Under the pieces are notes generated by a model. That model did not search any database, had not been told where the DNA came from, and was given only the letters and a program-made list of their open reading frames with translations. Shown in pieces: positions 25,741 to 35,870 of a stretch of 64,000 nt of DNA. The stretch lies in IMG/VR virus record IMGVR_UViG_3300028603_000021, positions 32,001 through 96,000 of that record. One strand, 5' to 3'. Each line of letters begins with the position of its first letter. The stretch's first letter is position 1. The DNA is from a virus (lineage: Duplodnaviria; Caudoviricetes). The translations under genes were made by a program, and so were the position numbers.

Positions 25741-25934
25741 CGACTGGAGGCAAGATGGAGAAAAGCCTGATGATCATGGTTCAGAACATAATAAACGACG
25801 ACGACCTAGATTCTGTGACACTGAAAGAATTCAGGTCTGTACTTTTACACGTCCAAGACTTGTTTACTAACCTAGAACAAGAAGAGGAACCTGAAGTAGA
25901 CGACCAGTCTCTGTTCAAAAAGCACGTACTCTGA
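25737..25934 (+). CDS. hypothetical protein
   Basis: GGAGG RBS. Confidence 0.55.
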   Translation: MTTGGKMEKSLMIMVQNIINDDDLDSVTLKEFRSVLLHVQDLFTNLEQEEEPEVDDQSLFKKHVL

Positions 25935-26506
25935 TGAAGCTCAACTACTACTCAGAAACTAACACTAAAAAGCTCGGGGAAAGTCCTTACCTGGATCACT
26001 ACCCAAAGATTGTGATGCAATCTCTGGATGACCTATCTTCGATCCATGTCATCTCAAACATGGATGAGTATTTCTCCGCAGAAAAACCCCTGTGGGTAAA
26101 GTGGGATTCTGTTACCCTAGAGCCAACTGCCGCTTTTACTCAAGGAGAGGGCGGCGTGGAGCTTGGGCGCGACTATGATACTCTAGTGATAAGCTTCAAC
26201 AACACCAACGGTATAATCCACAAACAGATACCGCCACCAAAGTTGACGTACCTAGGAGGAGGCACATTTTCGTGGTCTAGCTCTTACCTTATCCCAAGTC
26301 GGTTATACAGGGCGCGGTCTACAGATACGTCCGTTCCCCCAGATGACAGCGAGTTTTCCGTACAAGCCGAGATAGACGGCACTGCTGTTCCGGGTGGTGG
26401 AGTTACATATACTACCATCATCCCGCCGTCGCCCGTTTTCACCTACTTCTACTATGTCAGAAACAGGAACGGTAAGTCAAACATACTGGCCGTAGCGCCG
26501 CAGTAA
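25934..26506 (+). CDS. hypothetical protein
   Basis: Coupled ORF, beta-rich C-terminus. Confidence 0.6.
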   Translation: MKLNYYSETNTKKLGESPYLDHYPKIVMQSLDDLSSIHVISNMDEYFSAEKPLWVKWDSVTLEPTAAFTQGEGGVELGRDYDTLVISFNNTNGIIHKQIPPPKLTYLGGGTFSWSSSYLIPSRLYRARSTDTSVPPDDSEFSVQAEIDGTAVPGGGVTYTTIIPPSPVFTYFYYVRNRNGKSNILAVAPQ

Positions 26507-26517
26507 CGAGGTGTGTC

Positions 26518-27162
26518 TTGTCCAAAAAGGGCATCAGTCTAACAACAGTACTCAAGAAATATGACCTCAACCCAGAACAGAAAACAGCAGTAGAAAGCAT
26601 ACGCAACAACAAGATAACCGTGATAACCGGAGTAGCCGGTACATCAAAGACCTTCACATCAGTCTATGCTGCATTGAAGCTCATCACAGACAACTCTAAC
26701 ATAGAAAAGATCTCCCTGACTCGCCCGATGGTGACAACAGAAAAGGTTGGCTTCCTACCAGGGTCGTTGTCAGAAAAGTATTCGCCCTTCCTCTCGCCGA
26801 TGATGGAGTTCTTCAACAAGTTCGGAGACTCCGGTGAGAACACTTACACCTCTCTTCTGGCCGCCGGTAAGGTGATAGAGCGACCACTAGCTTTTCTGCG
26901 CGGGGTAACCATAGCAGACGAGATAATGATCCTCGACGAAGCCCAAGACGCTACCCCAGACCAGATGCTCATGGCACTGACTAGGATAGGGGCATCTGGC
27001 AAGCTTGTGATCACGGGGGATGAAGATCAGAGTGACCTGGAGTTTGTAAGTGGTTTGGATAAAGTTGTTGCTCTGTCCACAAAGCTACCTTACATACAGC
27101 ACATCCACATGACAGAGAACATGAGAGACCCCCTTATCCAGGAGATACTAGATAACTGGTGA
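26518..27162 (+). CDS. phoH: PhoH-family ATPase
   Basis: GVAGTSKT, TRP, GFLPG, LAFLRG, LDEAQ, LTRIG, GDEDQSD. Confidence 0.93.
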   Translation: MSKKGISLTTVLKKYDLNPEQKTAVESIRNNKITVITGVAGTSKTFTSVYAALKLITDNSNIEKISLTRPMVTTEKVGFLPGSLSEKYSPFLSPMMEFFNKFGDSGENTYTSLLAAGKVIERPLAFLRGVTIADEIMILDEAQDATPDQMLMALTRIGASGKLVITGDEDQSDLEFVSGLDKVVALSTKLPYIQHIHMTENMRDPLIQEILDNW

Positions 27163-27185
27163 GATATATGCTATACTGAGCAGGT

Positions 27186-27710
27186 ATGCTTGAGACATTA
27201 CCACCAGGCTTCACCTTAAACCTAGATAAGTTTTACATCAACCCAAAGGGTACGCTGCCCCTGGTCGATTCCACCTATGACCTGGGGCTTATCTTTGGGG
27301 CGTTCGTAGAGGGCGGCGTACACCACATGTCCAGCTCTGGAGGAAAAACTTCGATAGGGTCTGTTCGATGGTACATACCAGAGAAGGAGTTCGAGTTTGG
27401 GAAAACCTTGGTAGAGGCTATCAAGTCTACGACCGGACTAGACGCAGCATACCGCTACCATGTCCCAAGAAACAGGAACAGGTTTATAGTGATATGCTAC
27501 AACAACGCACTGTCAAGATTCTTCGAGGAGTTCGGTCAGGGCAAAGAGAAGCATATCCCAGAGAAATACCTAGTCAACAACCAAAACTATCTTCGCGGTA
27601 TCTACGACGGCAGCACTTCTGTTATGAGCCAGACCAGAGATAAACCGTTGGTAGATGCACTGCTCGAAGACATAAAAGTATATCTAGGTATTGACACCAA
27701 GTTTCATTGA
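27186..27710 (+). CDS. free-standing LAGLIDADG-like (intein-type) domain protein
   Basis: YDLGLIFGAFVEGG and KHIPEKYL..YLRGIYDGS helices. Confidence 0.6.
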   Translation: MLETLPPGFTLNLDKFYINPKGTLPLVDSTYDLGLIFGAFVEGGVHHMSSSGGKTSIGSVRWYIPEKEFEFGKTLVEAIKSTTGLDAAYRYHVPRNRNRFIVICYNNALSRFFEEFGQGKEKHIPEKYLVNNQNYLRGIYDGSTSVMSQTRDKPLVDALLEDIKVYLGIDTKFH

Positions 27711-27719
27711 TGTTATAAT
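27691..27719 (+). promoter_or_regulatory. consensus promoter giving a leaderless mRNA
   Basis: TTGACA-17 nt-TATAAT, GTG start 6 nt downstream. Confidence 0.8.
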
Positions 27720-27725
27720 TACCTA

Positions 27726-28523
27726 GTGCAGATATTCATAGTAGATACATCGTCAGACCTTAACGTATTCTTCCAGAAATCAACCCCAAACCTACCATTC
27801 CTCAACACTAACCTGCTCTCGTTCATGAGAGACGGCTTCACTAGGCAAGCATCCATCCACAACGAGCCCGTAGAGGTATTCTTCCCGGATACCTGGGAGC
27901 TAGATTCGCACGAGAAGAAGTATGACGGCAACTACTCCGAGTACCTGAAAGATGAGTATAACTTAGTGTTCCTGCTCAGCCTTACAACAGTACTTACTGG
28001 AAACATATCCCGGGAAGATGTAGCTGTACTGAAACAGCACCCAGACACTGCTTATTTTAACAACGGCGTTGTCGGCGGCTACATCAAAGGCGAGATGCCG
28101 ACGCCTACGGAAGATTCTTCTCTTTTCGCCGGATTTTGGCCTGTTACAGAAGATAATTTTCTTAAGATAAACCAAGAACTGACCGCACAGCTGTCTGCTT
28201 CCAAGGCTGTGAACGATAACATAACAACCTTCGGAAACCCGGTTATACTATCAGAAAGCTTGTGGAACTCTACGATCTGTGCCCCGTCGTTCATCGGGGA
28301 GAATGTCTCCATACATAACTCATACATCGGAGCTGGTAGTGTCATAACAGGCAACACAACTATCTCTAACAGCAGAATACTTCACTCTTTCATAACAGAT
28401 TCATCGGTAGAAAATGTCAAGCAGATGGAAGGCACCCTAGTAGCGGGTGGCAGCCGTCTCAAGGGCGTGTCTCTATCAAAGAGCCGCGTTCCTTATGGTT
28501 CAGTATTGGAGGGAAATGTCTAG
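27726..28523 (+). CDS. sugar-phosphate nucleotidyltransferase-like protein with left-handed beta-helix, probably inactive
   Basis: C-terminal hexapeptide repeats (PSFIGENVSIHNSYIGAGSVI); N-terminal GGxGTR motif absent. Confidence 0.6.
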   Translation: MQIFIVDTSSDLNVFFQKSTPNLPFLNTNLLSFMRDGFTRQASIHNEPVEVFFPDTWELDSHEKKYDGNYSEYLKDEYNLVFLLSLTTVLTGNISREDVAVLKQHPDTAYFNNGVVGGYIKGEMPTPTEDSSLFAGFWPVTEDNFLKINQELTAQLSASKAVNDNITTFGNPVILSESLWNSTICAPSFIGENVSIHNSYIGAGSVITGNTTISNSRILHSFITDSSVENVKQMEGTLVAGGSRLKGVSLSKSRVPYGSVLEGNV

Positions 28524-28890
28524 CATACGATTTAAGAACCTTCTTCCTATGGGAGAAGATATCATGGAGGACTACCTTGATAACGACCTGAACATGAGTG
28601 AAATTTCTAAGAAATATCACGTTCATTACTCTAACTTGCGGCGTTACATAAAGTTCCGCATAAAAGAGATGGGTATCGAGGAAGAATTCAACATACAGCA
28701 CGTTAACCAAGAAGATTTCCCATACCTAGACATAGGTGATACATTTCAGTTTGCTGAGTGGCTGACTATATGGCGTATAATAAAGCTGAGCAAGAAAGAC
28801 GGGGATCTGGTCTTCGAGATGATACCCAGCAAAACTAGAAATCCTGTGAGACACTGGATAAACGACGAGCTTGCTGAGCAAGAGGGATAA
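28516..28890 (+). CDS. HTH protein
   Basis: NMSEISKKYHVHYSNLRRY. Confidence 0.6.
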   Translation: MSSIRFKNLLPMGEDIMEDYLDNDLNMSEISKKYHVHYSNLRRYIKFRIKEMGIEEEFNIQHVNQEDFPYLDIGDTFQFAEWLTIWRIIKLSKKDGDLVFEMIPSKTRNPVRHWINDELAEQEG

Positions 28891-28891
28891 G

Positions 28892-29584
28892 ATGCCAACC
28901 AAGAAACACAAAAAGATAAAAGAACTTGGCATAGGTGCTGACGTCATCAGAGATGTGGTAGATAATGCTATGTCTCTACAGAAGGTTGCTGAGAAGTATG
29001 ACCTGAGCTATACCGAAGTTCAGAGGTTCATCCGAGACAACAAGATGAACGTCTACGACGACGAGCAGCTAGAGGCTATCGCCATGTCTGAGGAGTTCAA
29101 CCCGCTTGGCGTAGTTACCCACTTCTTTCAGTCGGTTCACCATGCGTCCAAAGAGCTGGCGTTTACCGGGATACTTGCACAGATGTTCCGAGAAGAGCTG
29201 GCCAAGAAGATCTCTGAGGTTGGTGTAGAGGGAATAGCAAACTCTCCTAGCGCGGCAAAGCTCGTGAAGAACTGGCAAGATAACGCTAACAAGCTGACGA
29301 AGCTCGTAGAACTATCCCCTAAGCTGCTCACAGCCTACATAGATCTTTTTTCTCAGGTGCTAGATGTACAGAGGGAAGTATCTTACGTAAAACTTATCAC
29401 AGACCTTCTCAGGAAGGAAGACCCAGCCCTCTACAAGAAGATACAGAAGGCGCTCGACGCTGACCCGACAGCTAAACGTGTATTAGATGCACTAGCACGT
29501 GAGGACGTTCTCATGTACTGGGACTCAGACACTGGACAGGTAGTCAGAACAAGAGTTGAGCTAGAAGACTCGCTGGAGTCTTAG
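28892..29584 (+). CDS. HTH protein, candidate terminase small subunit
   Basis: SLQKVAEKYDLSYTEVQRF; directly upstream of terminase large subunit. Confidence 0.55.
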   Translation: MPTKKHKKIKELGIGADVIRDVVDNAMSLQKVAEKYDLSYTEVQRFIRDNKMNVYDDEQLEAIAMSEEFNPLGVVTHFFQSVHHASKELAFTGILAQMFREELAKKISEVGVEGIANSPSAAKLVKNWQDNANKLTKLVELSPKLLTAYIDLFSQVLDVQREVSYVKLITDLLRKEDPALYKKIQKALDADPTAKRVLDALAREDVLMYWDSDTGQVVRTRVELEDSLES

Positions 29585-29585
29585 T

Positions 29586-32252
29586 ATGTCCAGAGCTAAA
29601 GACGCCAAAATGTCAGTCACCTCTGCCTGGGGTGACTTGATCGGTCGTGCCGAACACATAGCCGACGAAACTAAAGGCGGCTCGATATACCGAGTACAGC
29701 CTGTTGACCTAGAAACCTTCGTCACGAGTCCGGACTACCTGGGTAGAGATATGTGGGGTATGAGTGATAAGCAGAAGGAATTTATCGAGGCCGCTACTGA
29801 CTTCGAAAACGGGATAACATTCTTTGTCTTGATGGTTGGTAAGGGTGCCGGTAAGAACTGGGCTTGTGGTATTGCATACCTATATGCGGTTTACAAGCTT
29901 CTGTGTATGCACGACCCACATGCTTACCTAGAACACGATGACGCCAAAGCTATAACCCTTCTCAACGTCGCTATCAACGCGCTGCAAGCAAAGAAGAATT
30001 TCTTCGACCCTATGATCAACACACTAAGGGGTGCTGGTCGCAAGGCTTTCAGGGATTTCGGGTTTGACCCAGATACTGATATAACTACATCTCAGGTTAT
30101 ATTCCCTAAGAATATAGAAGTTATCTCAGCCAACTCTAAGGGTGGTGGTATCGAAGGATACGACGTACTCTTCGGCATCGCAGACGAGGTTGACGACGTT
30201 GAGTTCTACGGTGTAGAGAAGATTCTTGACACGCTCAGAACATCATCTCAGTCCAGGTTCAAGGGTAAAGAAAAGGTTGTAGCTATCTCTTACCAAAGAT
30301 ACTCTGGCTCATCAGGTAAGATCGCCCAGCTCTACAGCACTGCTATAGGATCAGCGCACATATATGCTAGGCGTTATGCTTCCTGGGAATTTCACCCAGC
30401 AAGAACACGAGAAGATTTCCAGACGTACTTTGACGAAGACCCCGAGAAGGCAGCCTGTATCTACGGGTCAGAACTTATGGGCAGCTTCGTGGACTCGTGG
30501 ATAAAGGACACCTTGAGGATAAAGAACGCCATGAACTGGGAGCGTAAGTGGATTCTTGACTGGCCTCTTCCTTACGACCCAGACGAGATAGGTTCAGAAA
30601 AATGGAAGGCTAAGCTTGCACACCTAGAATGGCAGGCGCAACCAGCGTCTGAATACTCATACAGGGATAACTCGGGTGTCATACACACCTTAGACCCGTA
30701 TGACTTACCTATACGTGTGCCTGGAGACCCCAACACGGTTTACGTCTTGTGCGGCGACCCGGCGGCTGGCTCTGAAAAGAACGGCGGTGACGGCTACGGA
30801 GTAACGCTAGGCCACAGAGAACTAGTAAGGGTGGGGGACTTCGAGTACCCACGCCCAGTTATAGATTTTTCATTCAGGTTCATCGGCAGGATGTTTCCAG
30901 AGGGGCAGATTCAGATGTCTGCTATGGAAAACTTGATATCTAAACTGAAAGATAGGTATGGTTATAACATACAGTACTTTTCGTTCGACGGATGGAACTG
31001 TCAGGTGGTGGGGTCTAGGGTACTAACTCCATCAGGGTATAAGCTGGTAGAGACATTGAAGAAACATGATGACGTAGTAGGAAATAAAAACATCAATAAG
31101 GTAGTGGAAACAGAGGTGAAGCATGATATTCCGACTAAAACCATCAAAACCGACATAGGGTTAGAATTCACAGTAACCAGTAACCACCCCTTGCTGACGA
31201 AAGATAACAAGTGGTTGCTCGCAGACCAGCTACAGCCAGGAGACAAGCTGAAGCTGTTCTTAGGTGACGACCACTTTGGGACGACGCACGATCCAGATAA
31301 AGCACTATTCCACGGAAAAGATGAGAACGACCACGTGCCAGAGTGGATATTCGGAGCTACGGAAGAAAGCATCGGTATGTTCTTAAGCGGCCTCTACGAA
31401 AGTAAGGGTAGTGTAGTCGTAGATATAAACGGCGTAAAAAGCCCTCATGTAGAGTACAACACCTTAAGCGAAAAACTCTCCAAAGAGGTGCAGCTGCTTC
31501 TTCTACAGCTGGGGATAAAATCATGGAGGACATCTCTAGGAGAAGACTACAGTATACTGATCTACGGAGAAAGCCTAGAGTTATTCAGGAATCTAGTAGG
31601 CTTCAGATCAACCGAAAAGCTGTCAAAAGCTTTAGTGACAGAAGGGTCTAGATGCAACTGCCCAGAGGCAACAGTAACGTCTGTTGAGGACTCTGTGTCT
31701 AGCATAGTACACATGGAAGTAGACGGAGACCACACTTACGCTGGCGAGGGGGTTGTAAACCACAACAGCCTACACCTGACTCAGTGGATAGCTAGAACAT
31801 ACCCCGGTGTTATTGTTCAGGACGGTAACATAGTCCAGACTAAGGACTATACCGCACTGAGGGATGCTATCTTCGGTGAAGCTCCGCCTACAAGCGGTCA
31901 AGGTGAAAAAGAAACTAACGGCGGCATAGATATACCATGGAACCCAGTGTTATTCGAAGAACTTCGTAACCTGCGGGAAGACAGAAGCAAACCTAAGATA
32001 AAGGTGGATCATACTTCTACTAGTACTAAAGATATTGCCGATACTGTAGCAAAACTAGCTTATATAACTATGTATGCTTGGCCGTTTATAGACACTGTTC
32101 TGCACTCTGTTGGGCAGGAACCTCCCCTCTCGGGAGTAGACCCACAGATGCTAGACAGGCTGAGGACTAACACGGCGTCAGAAGAAGATAAGAAAGTATA
32201 CTACGAGGCCGTGGCATCAGATGTAGTAGGATTGGGGTTGTTTAAACGGTGA
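29586..32252 (+). CDS. terL: terminase large subunit containing an intein
   Basis: Walker A GKGAGKN, Walker B GIADEVDD, nuclease CGDPA / SFDGWN / KDIAD. Confidence 0.9.
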   Translation: MSRAKDAKMSVTSAWGDLIGRAEHIADETKGGSIYRVQPVDLETFVTSPDYLGRDMWGMSDKQKEFIEAATDFENGITFFVLMVGKGAGKNWACGIAYLYAVYKLLCMHDPHAYLEHDDAKAITLLNVAINALQAKKNFFDPMINTLRGAGRKAFRDFGFDPDTDITTSQVIFPKNIEVISANSKGGGIEGYDVLFGIADEVDDVEFYGVEKILDTLRTSSQSRFKGKEKVVAISYQRYSGSSGKIAQLYSTAIGSAHIYARRYASWEFHPARTREDFQTYFDEDPEKAACIYGSELMGSFVDSWIKDTLRIKNAMNWERKWILDWPLPYDPDEIGSEKWKAKLAHLEWQAQPASEYSYRDNSGVIHTLDPYDLPIRVPGDPNTVYVLCGDPAAGSEKNGGDGYGVTLGHRELVRVGDFEYPRPVIDFSFRFIGRMFPEGQIQMSAMENLISKLKDRYGYNIQYFSFDGWNCQVVGSRVLTPSGYKLVETLKKHDDVVGNKNINKVVETEVKHDIPTKTIKTDIGLEFTVTSNHPLLTKDNKWLLADQLQPGDKLKLFLGDDHFGTTHDPDKALFHGKDENDHVPEWIFGATEESIGMFLSGLYESKGSVVVDINGVKSPHVEYNTLSEKLSKEVQLLLLQLGIKSWRTSLGEDYSILIYGESLELFRNLVGFRSTEKLSKALVTEGSRCNCPEATVTSVEDSVSSIVHMEVDGDHTYAGEGVVNHNSLHLTQWIARTYPGVIVQDGNIVQTKDYTALRDAIFGEAPPTSGQGEKETNGGIDIPWNPVLFEELRNLREDRSKPKIKVDHTSTSTKDIADTVAKLAYITMYAWPFIDTVLHSVGQEPPLSGVDPQMLDRLRTNTASEEDKKVYYEAVASDVVGLGLFKR
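30999..31766 (+). mobile_element. intein (256 aa) in terL with degenerate LAGLIDADG domain
   Basis: Starts CQVVGSRVLT, block B TSNHPLL, ends VNHN followed by S; block E FLSGLYESKGS. Confidence 0.9.
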
Positions 32253-32797
32253 GCGAAGCAGAGGAAGCTCGTTTTCGCATAGAGCAAGAGATAGACAAGA
32301 TAAAAGATGCCAACCTGCAAGATTTCTTGAAGATGGCTATAAATCACTTCCCGGAATACTTCTGGACGGCACCCGCCTCTGCTGGAAAGTACCACTACCC
32401 AGATGAAAGAGAGCGGGGTGGGTTAGTACTGCACGTCAGGCGTTTATGTGCCCTTGTTCCTGTCTTTACTAGGATGCACGACCTCAACATGTGGGAGCAA
32501 GACATCCTCTACGCTGCGTGCATACTACACGACGCATTCTCGCGTGGAATACCCCCGAACGACGCTACGTTTTCTCTGCCGTTCCACCCGCTGCTGCCAC
32601 GCCAGCAGTTCCCGTTTAACGGTGTGGCAGACAGATACATACCCTCCAGCATCTACGAGGAAGTAATGGAGTGCGTTGAGTCGCATCTAGGCAGGTGGAG
32701 CCCAAGCCCGTTACTCCACAGCAAAAGAAAGCTGCCGACGATCTTTCAGATGATAGACCACATCGGCAGCCGTCCTAACATAAAAGTAGAACTCTAA
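32249..32797 (+). CDS. HD-domain phosphohydrolase
   Basis: APASAGKYH, GGLVLH, ACILHD, HLGRW. Confidence 0.85.
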   Translation: MSEAEEARFRIEQEIDKIKDANLQDFLKMAINHFPEYFWTAPASAGKYHYPDERERGGLVLHVRRLCALVPVFTRMHDLNMWEQDILYAACILHDAFSRGIPPNDATFSLPFHPLLPRQQFPFNGVADRYIPSSIYEEVMECVESHLGRWSPSPLLHSKRKLPTIFQMIDHIGSRPNIKVEL

Positions 32798-33066
32798 GCC
32801 GGAATTATAAGACCAGAGTCTTCTTGTGCGCTTTGCTTCTTTGCATCTCTGTAGGAAGAAAGAAACGGGTCTAGCAAAAACGGTGTGATACCGCTGAGGT
32901 ACGTGGTGAACTGCAAGAACGCCACTACCTCTTCTTTTGTCAGGTACTCATCGTCTACCAGCTTTTGCAGGTATGTCTCAAGGTTCTCAGACAGAACCTC
33001 GACCTGCTCATCGGTAGGGAATGGCATCGGTATCTGAAGGTTGAACCCGTATGTGTTACTCATCAT
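32794..33066 (-). CDS. hypothetical protein
   Basis: Last gene of convergent minus-strand block. Confidence 0.55.
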   Translation of the reverse strand: MMSNTYGFNLQIPMPFPTDEQVEVLSENLETYLQKLVDDEYLTKEEVVAFLQFTTYLSGITPFLLDPFLSSYRDAKKQSAQEDSGLIIPA

Positions 33067-33526
33067 CTTCCTCTCTTTCTTCTGTTATGTCTAAGTACTC
33101 ACTGCCGGATTTCTTGTAGAAAGCAGACGCGGCTAGTGGCAAGGTGTGTGGGTAGTTTCTGTACCCGGCTTTTTTAGTGCTTACTACGGTTACTGTGTTG
33201 TCAGTAACCTCTTTCACTTTATACTCGTAAGAGTATTTACGTCTAGTAACCTCGTTTCCAAGTATATCAGACATCCTGTATACGATATCACCAGGTTCCA
33301 TATCAGTAACCTTCTCGAACACTGGTACTTCTGTGAGGTTAGCATCTTTAGCAGCGGCTTTCCTAGCTGCTTTGCGCTCTTCGACCTCCAGTCTCTCTTG
33401 CTCCCGAGCCCAAGGACACATCTTTGGTCTCCGACCCGGGCCGGTATGTGGGAACACCCCACCGCAGTGTGAACACGGCAGCATGATATAGGTGTCGTCC
33501 GGAGCTGGGTCTCCACATCTAACCAT
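33056..33526 (-). CDS. hypothetical protein with Zn-finger-like N-terminus
   Basis: CSHCG..GRRPKMC. Confidence 0.6.
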   Translation of the reverse strand: MVRCGDPAPDDTYIMLPCSHCGGVFPHTGPGRRPKMCPWAREQERLEVEERKAARKAAAKDANLTEVPVFEKVTDMEPGDIVYRMSDILGNEVTRRKYSYEYKVKEVTDNTVTVVSTKKAGYRNYPHTLPLAASAFYKKSGSEYLDITEEREEDDE

Positions 33527-33953
33527 CCGTGACTTCCCTGTGCAGCAAAACTAGGTTACTTACGTCGTCGAACATCTCCTTGTTACGTACCTCGTCGTCA
33601 CCGAACGGGAACAGGTAAACCAACATATCCCTGTGAGTCTCAGCGGCCTCGCGTATGATACGCAACCCATCTCTGACTAGATCCTCGTCCAGAGCACTCT
33701 TGTAGTGTTCTCGGTCAACTACACCCATTATGTTAACACCAGCACGCCGGAAGATGGGTGCAGGAATCTCTTCTGACAACATATAGCCGAAATACTTAGT
33801 CATCTCTGGGTAGGCATCAGCGAGCATCTTGGCGTCTTCATCTATCACTGCTACATGACCGTCTTTGCGTATAAACGCAGTTATAGGTACGACTACAAGG
33901 TTGTCAGCTCCTGTGTAGTTAATCAGAGGCTCATCTGTAGTTGCGCTCATCAT
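33519..33953 (-). CDS. degenerate macro-domain-like protein
   Basis: VVPITAFIRKDG..AKMLADAYPE..REHYKSALDEDLVRDGL resembles phage macrodomains. Confidence 0.45.
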   Translation of the reverse strand: MMSATTDEPLINYTGADNLVVVPITAFIRKDGHVAVIDEDAKMLADAYPEMTKYFGYMLSEEIPAPIFRRAGVNIMGVVDREHYKSALDEDLVRDGLRIIREAAETHRDMLVYLFPFGDDEVRNKEMFDDVSNLVLLHREVTDG

Positions 33954-34962
33954 GGTAAACTCTCACTCCGTTCTCTTTCACAGCTGTAGGCGATACCATA
34001 ACTATCTCAGCTGCGTCAGGAAAATCAATCAGGTTGTCAACTCCAACATAAGTCATGCTGCTCTTAAGCCCATCCGAAAACTCGTCTAACAGGTCGTATA
34101 CAGATTTATCCTCATACTGCACAAACCCAGACACGCCTTCTATGAACGAAGAACCGCCCTTAGCTTCTGAGCTAGCTTCCCCGCTGTAGGGCTTGTACCA
34201 ACGGTCACCTATCTTTACTGGTTCGTTAGGAGTTTCTCTCGCTGCCGCTAAGGTACTTCCGCACATCACAGCGTCTGCACCTAAGGCTAGAGCCTTGCAG
34301 AAATCACCCGGAGTGTTAACCCCACCGTCAGAGATTATAGCAGCAGATACGTCGTACTTACGCGCTTCAGAGATCAGCCAGGCTTGCGGTGTCCCAACCC
34401 CTGTAACTTGTCGTGTGGTACATGCCGACCCACTTCCCACGCCTAGCTTGTAGATCGTGTATGTATCCTTGCTGTCGTCTTCTCTGAGCCTAAGCATAGG
34501 AGCTTTAGGGTTTCCAAAATTCCCAACGATAAGCGGGTACTTACCGCTCCAGTCGTGGAAATCTGGGAGGATAGCTCCGTTGGCTATATCTATAGAGATA
34601 AAGCAATGTAAGTTTTCTAGTATATTCCTGTACGAGATAAACTCAAACAAGCTCACGGCTATGCCGTACTCTATCCCCTCGTCATAAAGCTCGCTAGCAA
34701 CCTCAACCCTTTCGTAGAATGAGTTTCTGCGAGAAAACACGTGCATACCCCCAGCATGATACATATGCTTAGCAAAGTCTAAGTAGATTCCTCCGTCTAG
34801 AACATCGAACGCCGCCATGCTAGCAGACAGCAGGGGTAGTGGAAGCTCAATATCGTGCAACATACCAGTTGTATCAACATCGTGCCTGCTTTTAACCTTA
34901 GAATAGACAGCTGGCATTATAGCTATGTCATCAAACGTAAATGCTACTTTAGGTGAGCCCAT
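33931..34962 (-). CDS. GMP reductase / IMP dehydrogenase family
   Basis: FTFDDI, DIANG, KLGVGSGSACTTR, ISDGG, KALALGADAVM, GEAS, EGV. Confidence 0.92.
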   Translation of the reverse strand: MGSPKVAFTFDDIAIMPAVYSKVKSRHDVDTTGMLHDIELPLPLLSASMAAFDVLDGGIYLDFAKHMYHAGGMHVFSRRNSFYERVEVASELYDEGIEYGIAVSLFEFISYRNILENLHCFISIDIANGAILPDFHDWSGKYPLIVGNFGNPKAPMLRLREDDSKDTYTIYKLGVGSGSACTTRQVTGVGTPQAWLISEARKYDVSAAIISDGGVNTPGDFCKALALGADAVMCGSTLAAARETPNEPVKIGDRWYKPYSGEASSEAKGGSSFIEGVSGFVQYEDKSVYDLLDEFSDGLKSSMTYVGVDNLIDFPDAAEIVMVSPTAVKENGVRVYHDERNYR

Positions 34963-35870
34963 GCTACTCCTTCCAGGTCTAACCACTCGACAGTCTTCGT
35001 TTTTATCACAGCAGCTAAGTCAACCATCATAGCTTTGTCCACAGATGCACCACCCAGGTATGCGGCTTTCAGGTAGTTATACGTTCCTATAGTCTGCGAG
35101 TACGGGTTAAGCTCTGGTCTCTTCTGTGACTCTTTTATAGCTTGGATTGTTGGCCTAAGCTCTCCCTTCATAAATAGCCTAGCAAGGTTGATGCTGGCTT
35201 CCTCGTCTGGCAAGCCGCCTAGTGTGGCAGAGAAAGTAGCGCTTGTGATAACCCCTGAGTCGTCAGAAGCAGCTATAAGCTTCTCTAGCAGAGAATAAAC
35301 CTGGCGGAGAGACCCCTCCGACTGCTCGACGAGTGTCCAGAAGTCCTTCCTGTCTTCCACAACTATGCCGTACTTATCCAAGACCCTGTTGACAGCTATG
35401 CCGATCTCAGACGTGCCTGGAGGCGTAGTAGAGTAATGAAGGCATCTAGTGCGTATAGTCTTCAGTAATTTCCCAGGTTCGTTAGTAAGTAAGATAAAAT
35501 ATACATTTTCTTGTGCTGTTTCTAGTGTTCTCAGCAGGGCAGACTGGCCGGGGTTGCTGAGCTTATGAACCTCATCAAGTATAAACACCTTGTTTTTAGC
35601 AAACAAGGATGTGCGCATAGAGGACTCTATCAACCCACGTATGACATCTATGCCACCGTCACTACCACAGTCCACCTCTTCTACCTGCGCTTTAAGCTCT
35701 GTTGCGATGATATGGGCTAAAGTGGTTTTGCCGGTTCCAGTGTCCCCGGTTATGAGAAGGCTGTGGTTCAGTTCGCCGTTCTCAAGCTGCCTCTTGAGTG
35801 GCTCTGTGATATGGCTGTTGCCTATCACTTCCTCGAAGGTTTTGGGTCTCATCTCCTGTGCTAGGTTCAC
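34944..35870 (-). CDS. dnaX: clamp loader, DnaX (gamma/tau)-like
   Basis: RPKTFEEVIGN, GDTGTGKTT, ILDEVH, TIRTRC. Confidence 0.88.
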   Translation of the reverse strand: MNLAQEMRPKTFEEVIGNSHITEPLKRQLENGELNHSLLITGDTGTGKTTLAHIIATELKAQVEEVDCGSDGGIDVIRGLIESSMRTSLFAKNKVFILDEVHKLSNPGQSALLRTLETAQENVYFILLTNEPGKLLKTIRTRCLHYSTTPPGTSEIGIAVNRVLDKYGIVVEDRKDFWTLVEQSEGSLRQVYSLLEKLIAASDDSGVITSATFSATLGGLPDEEASINLARLFMKGELRPTIQAIKESQKRPELNPYSQTIGTYNYLKAAYLGGASVDKAMMVDLAAVIKTKTVEWLDLEGVAWAHLK

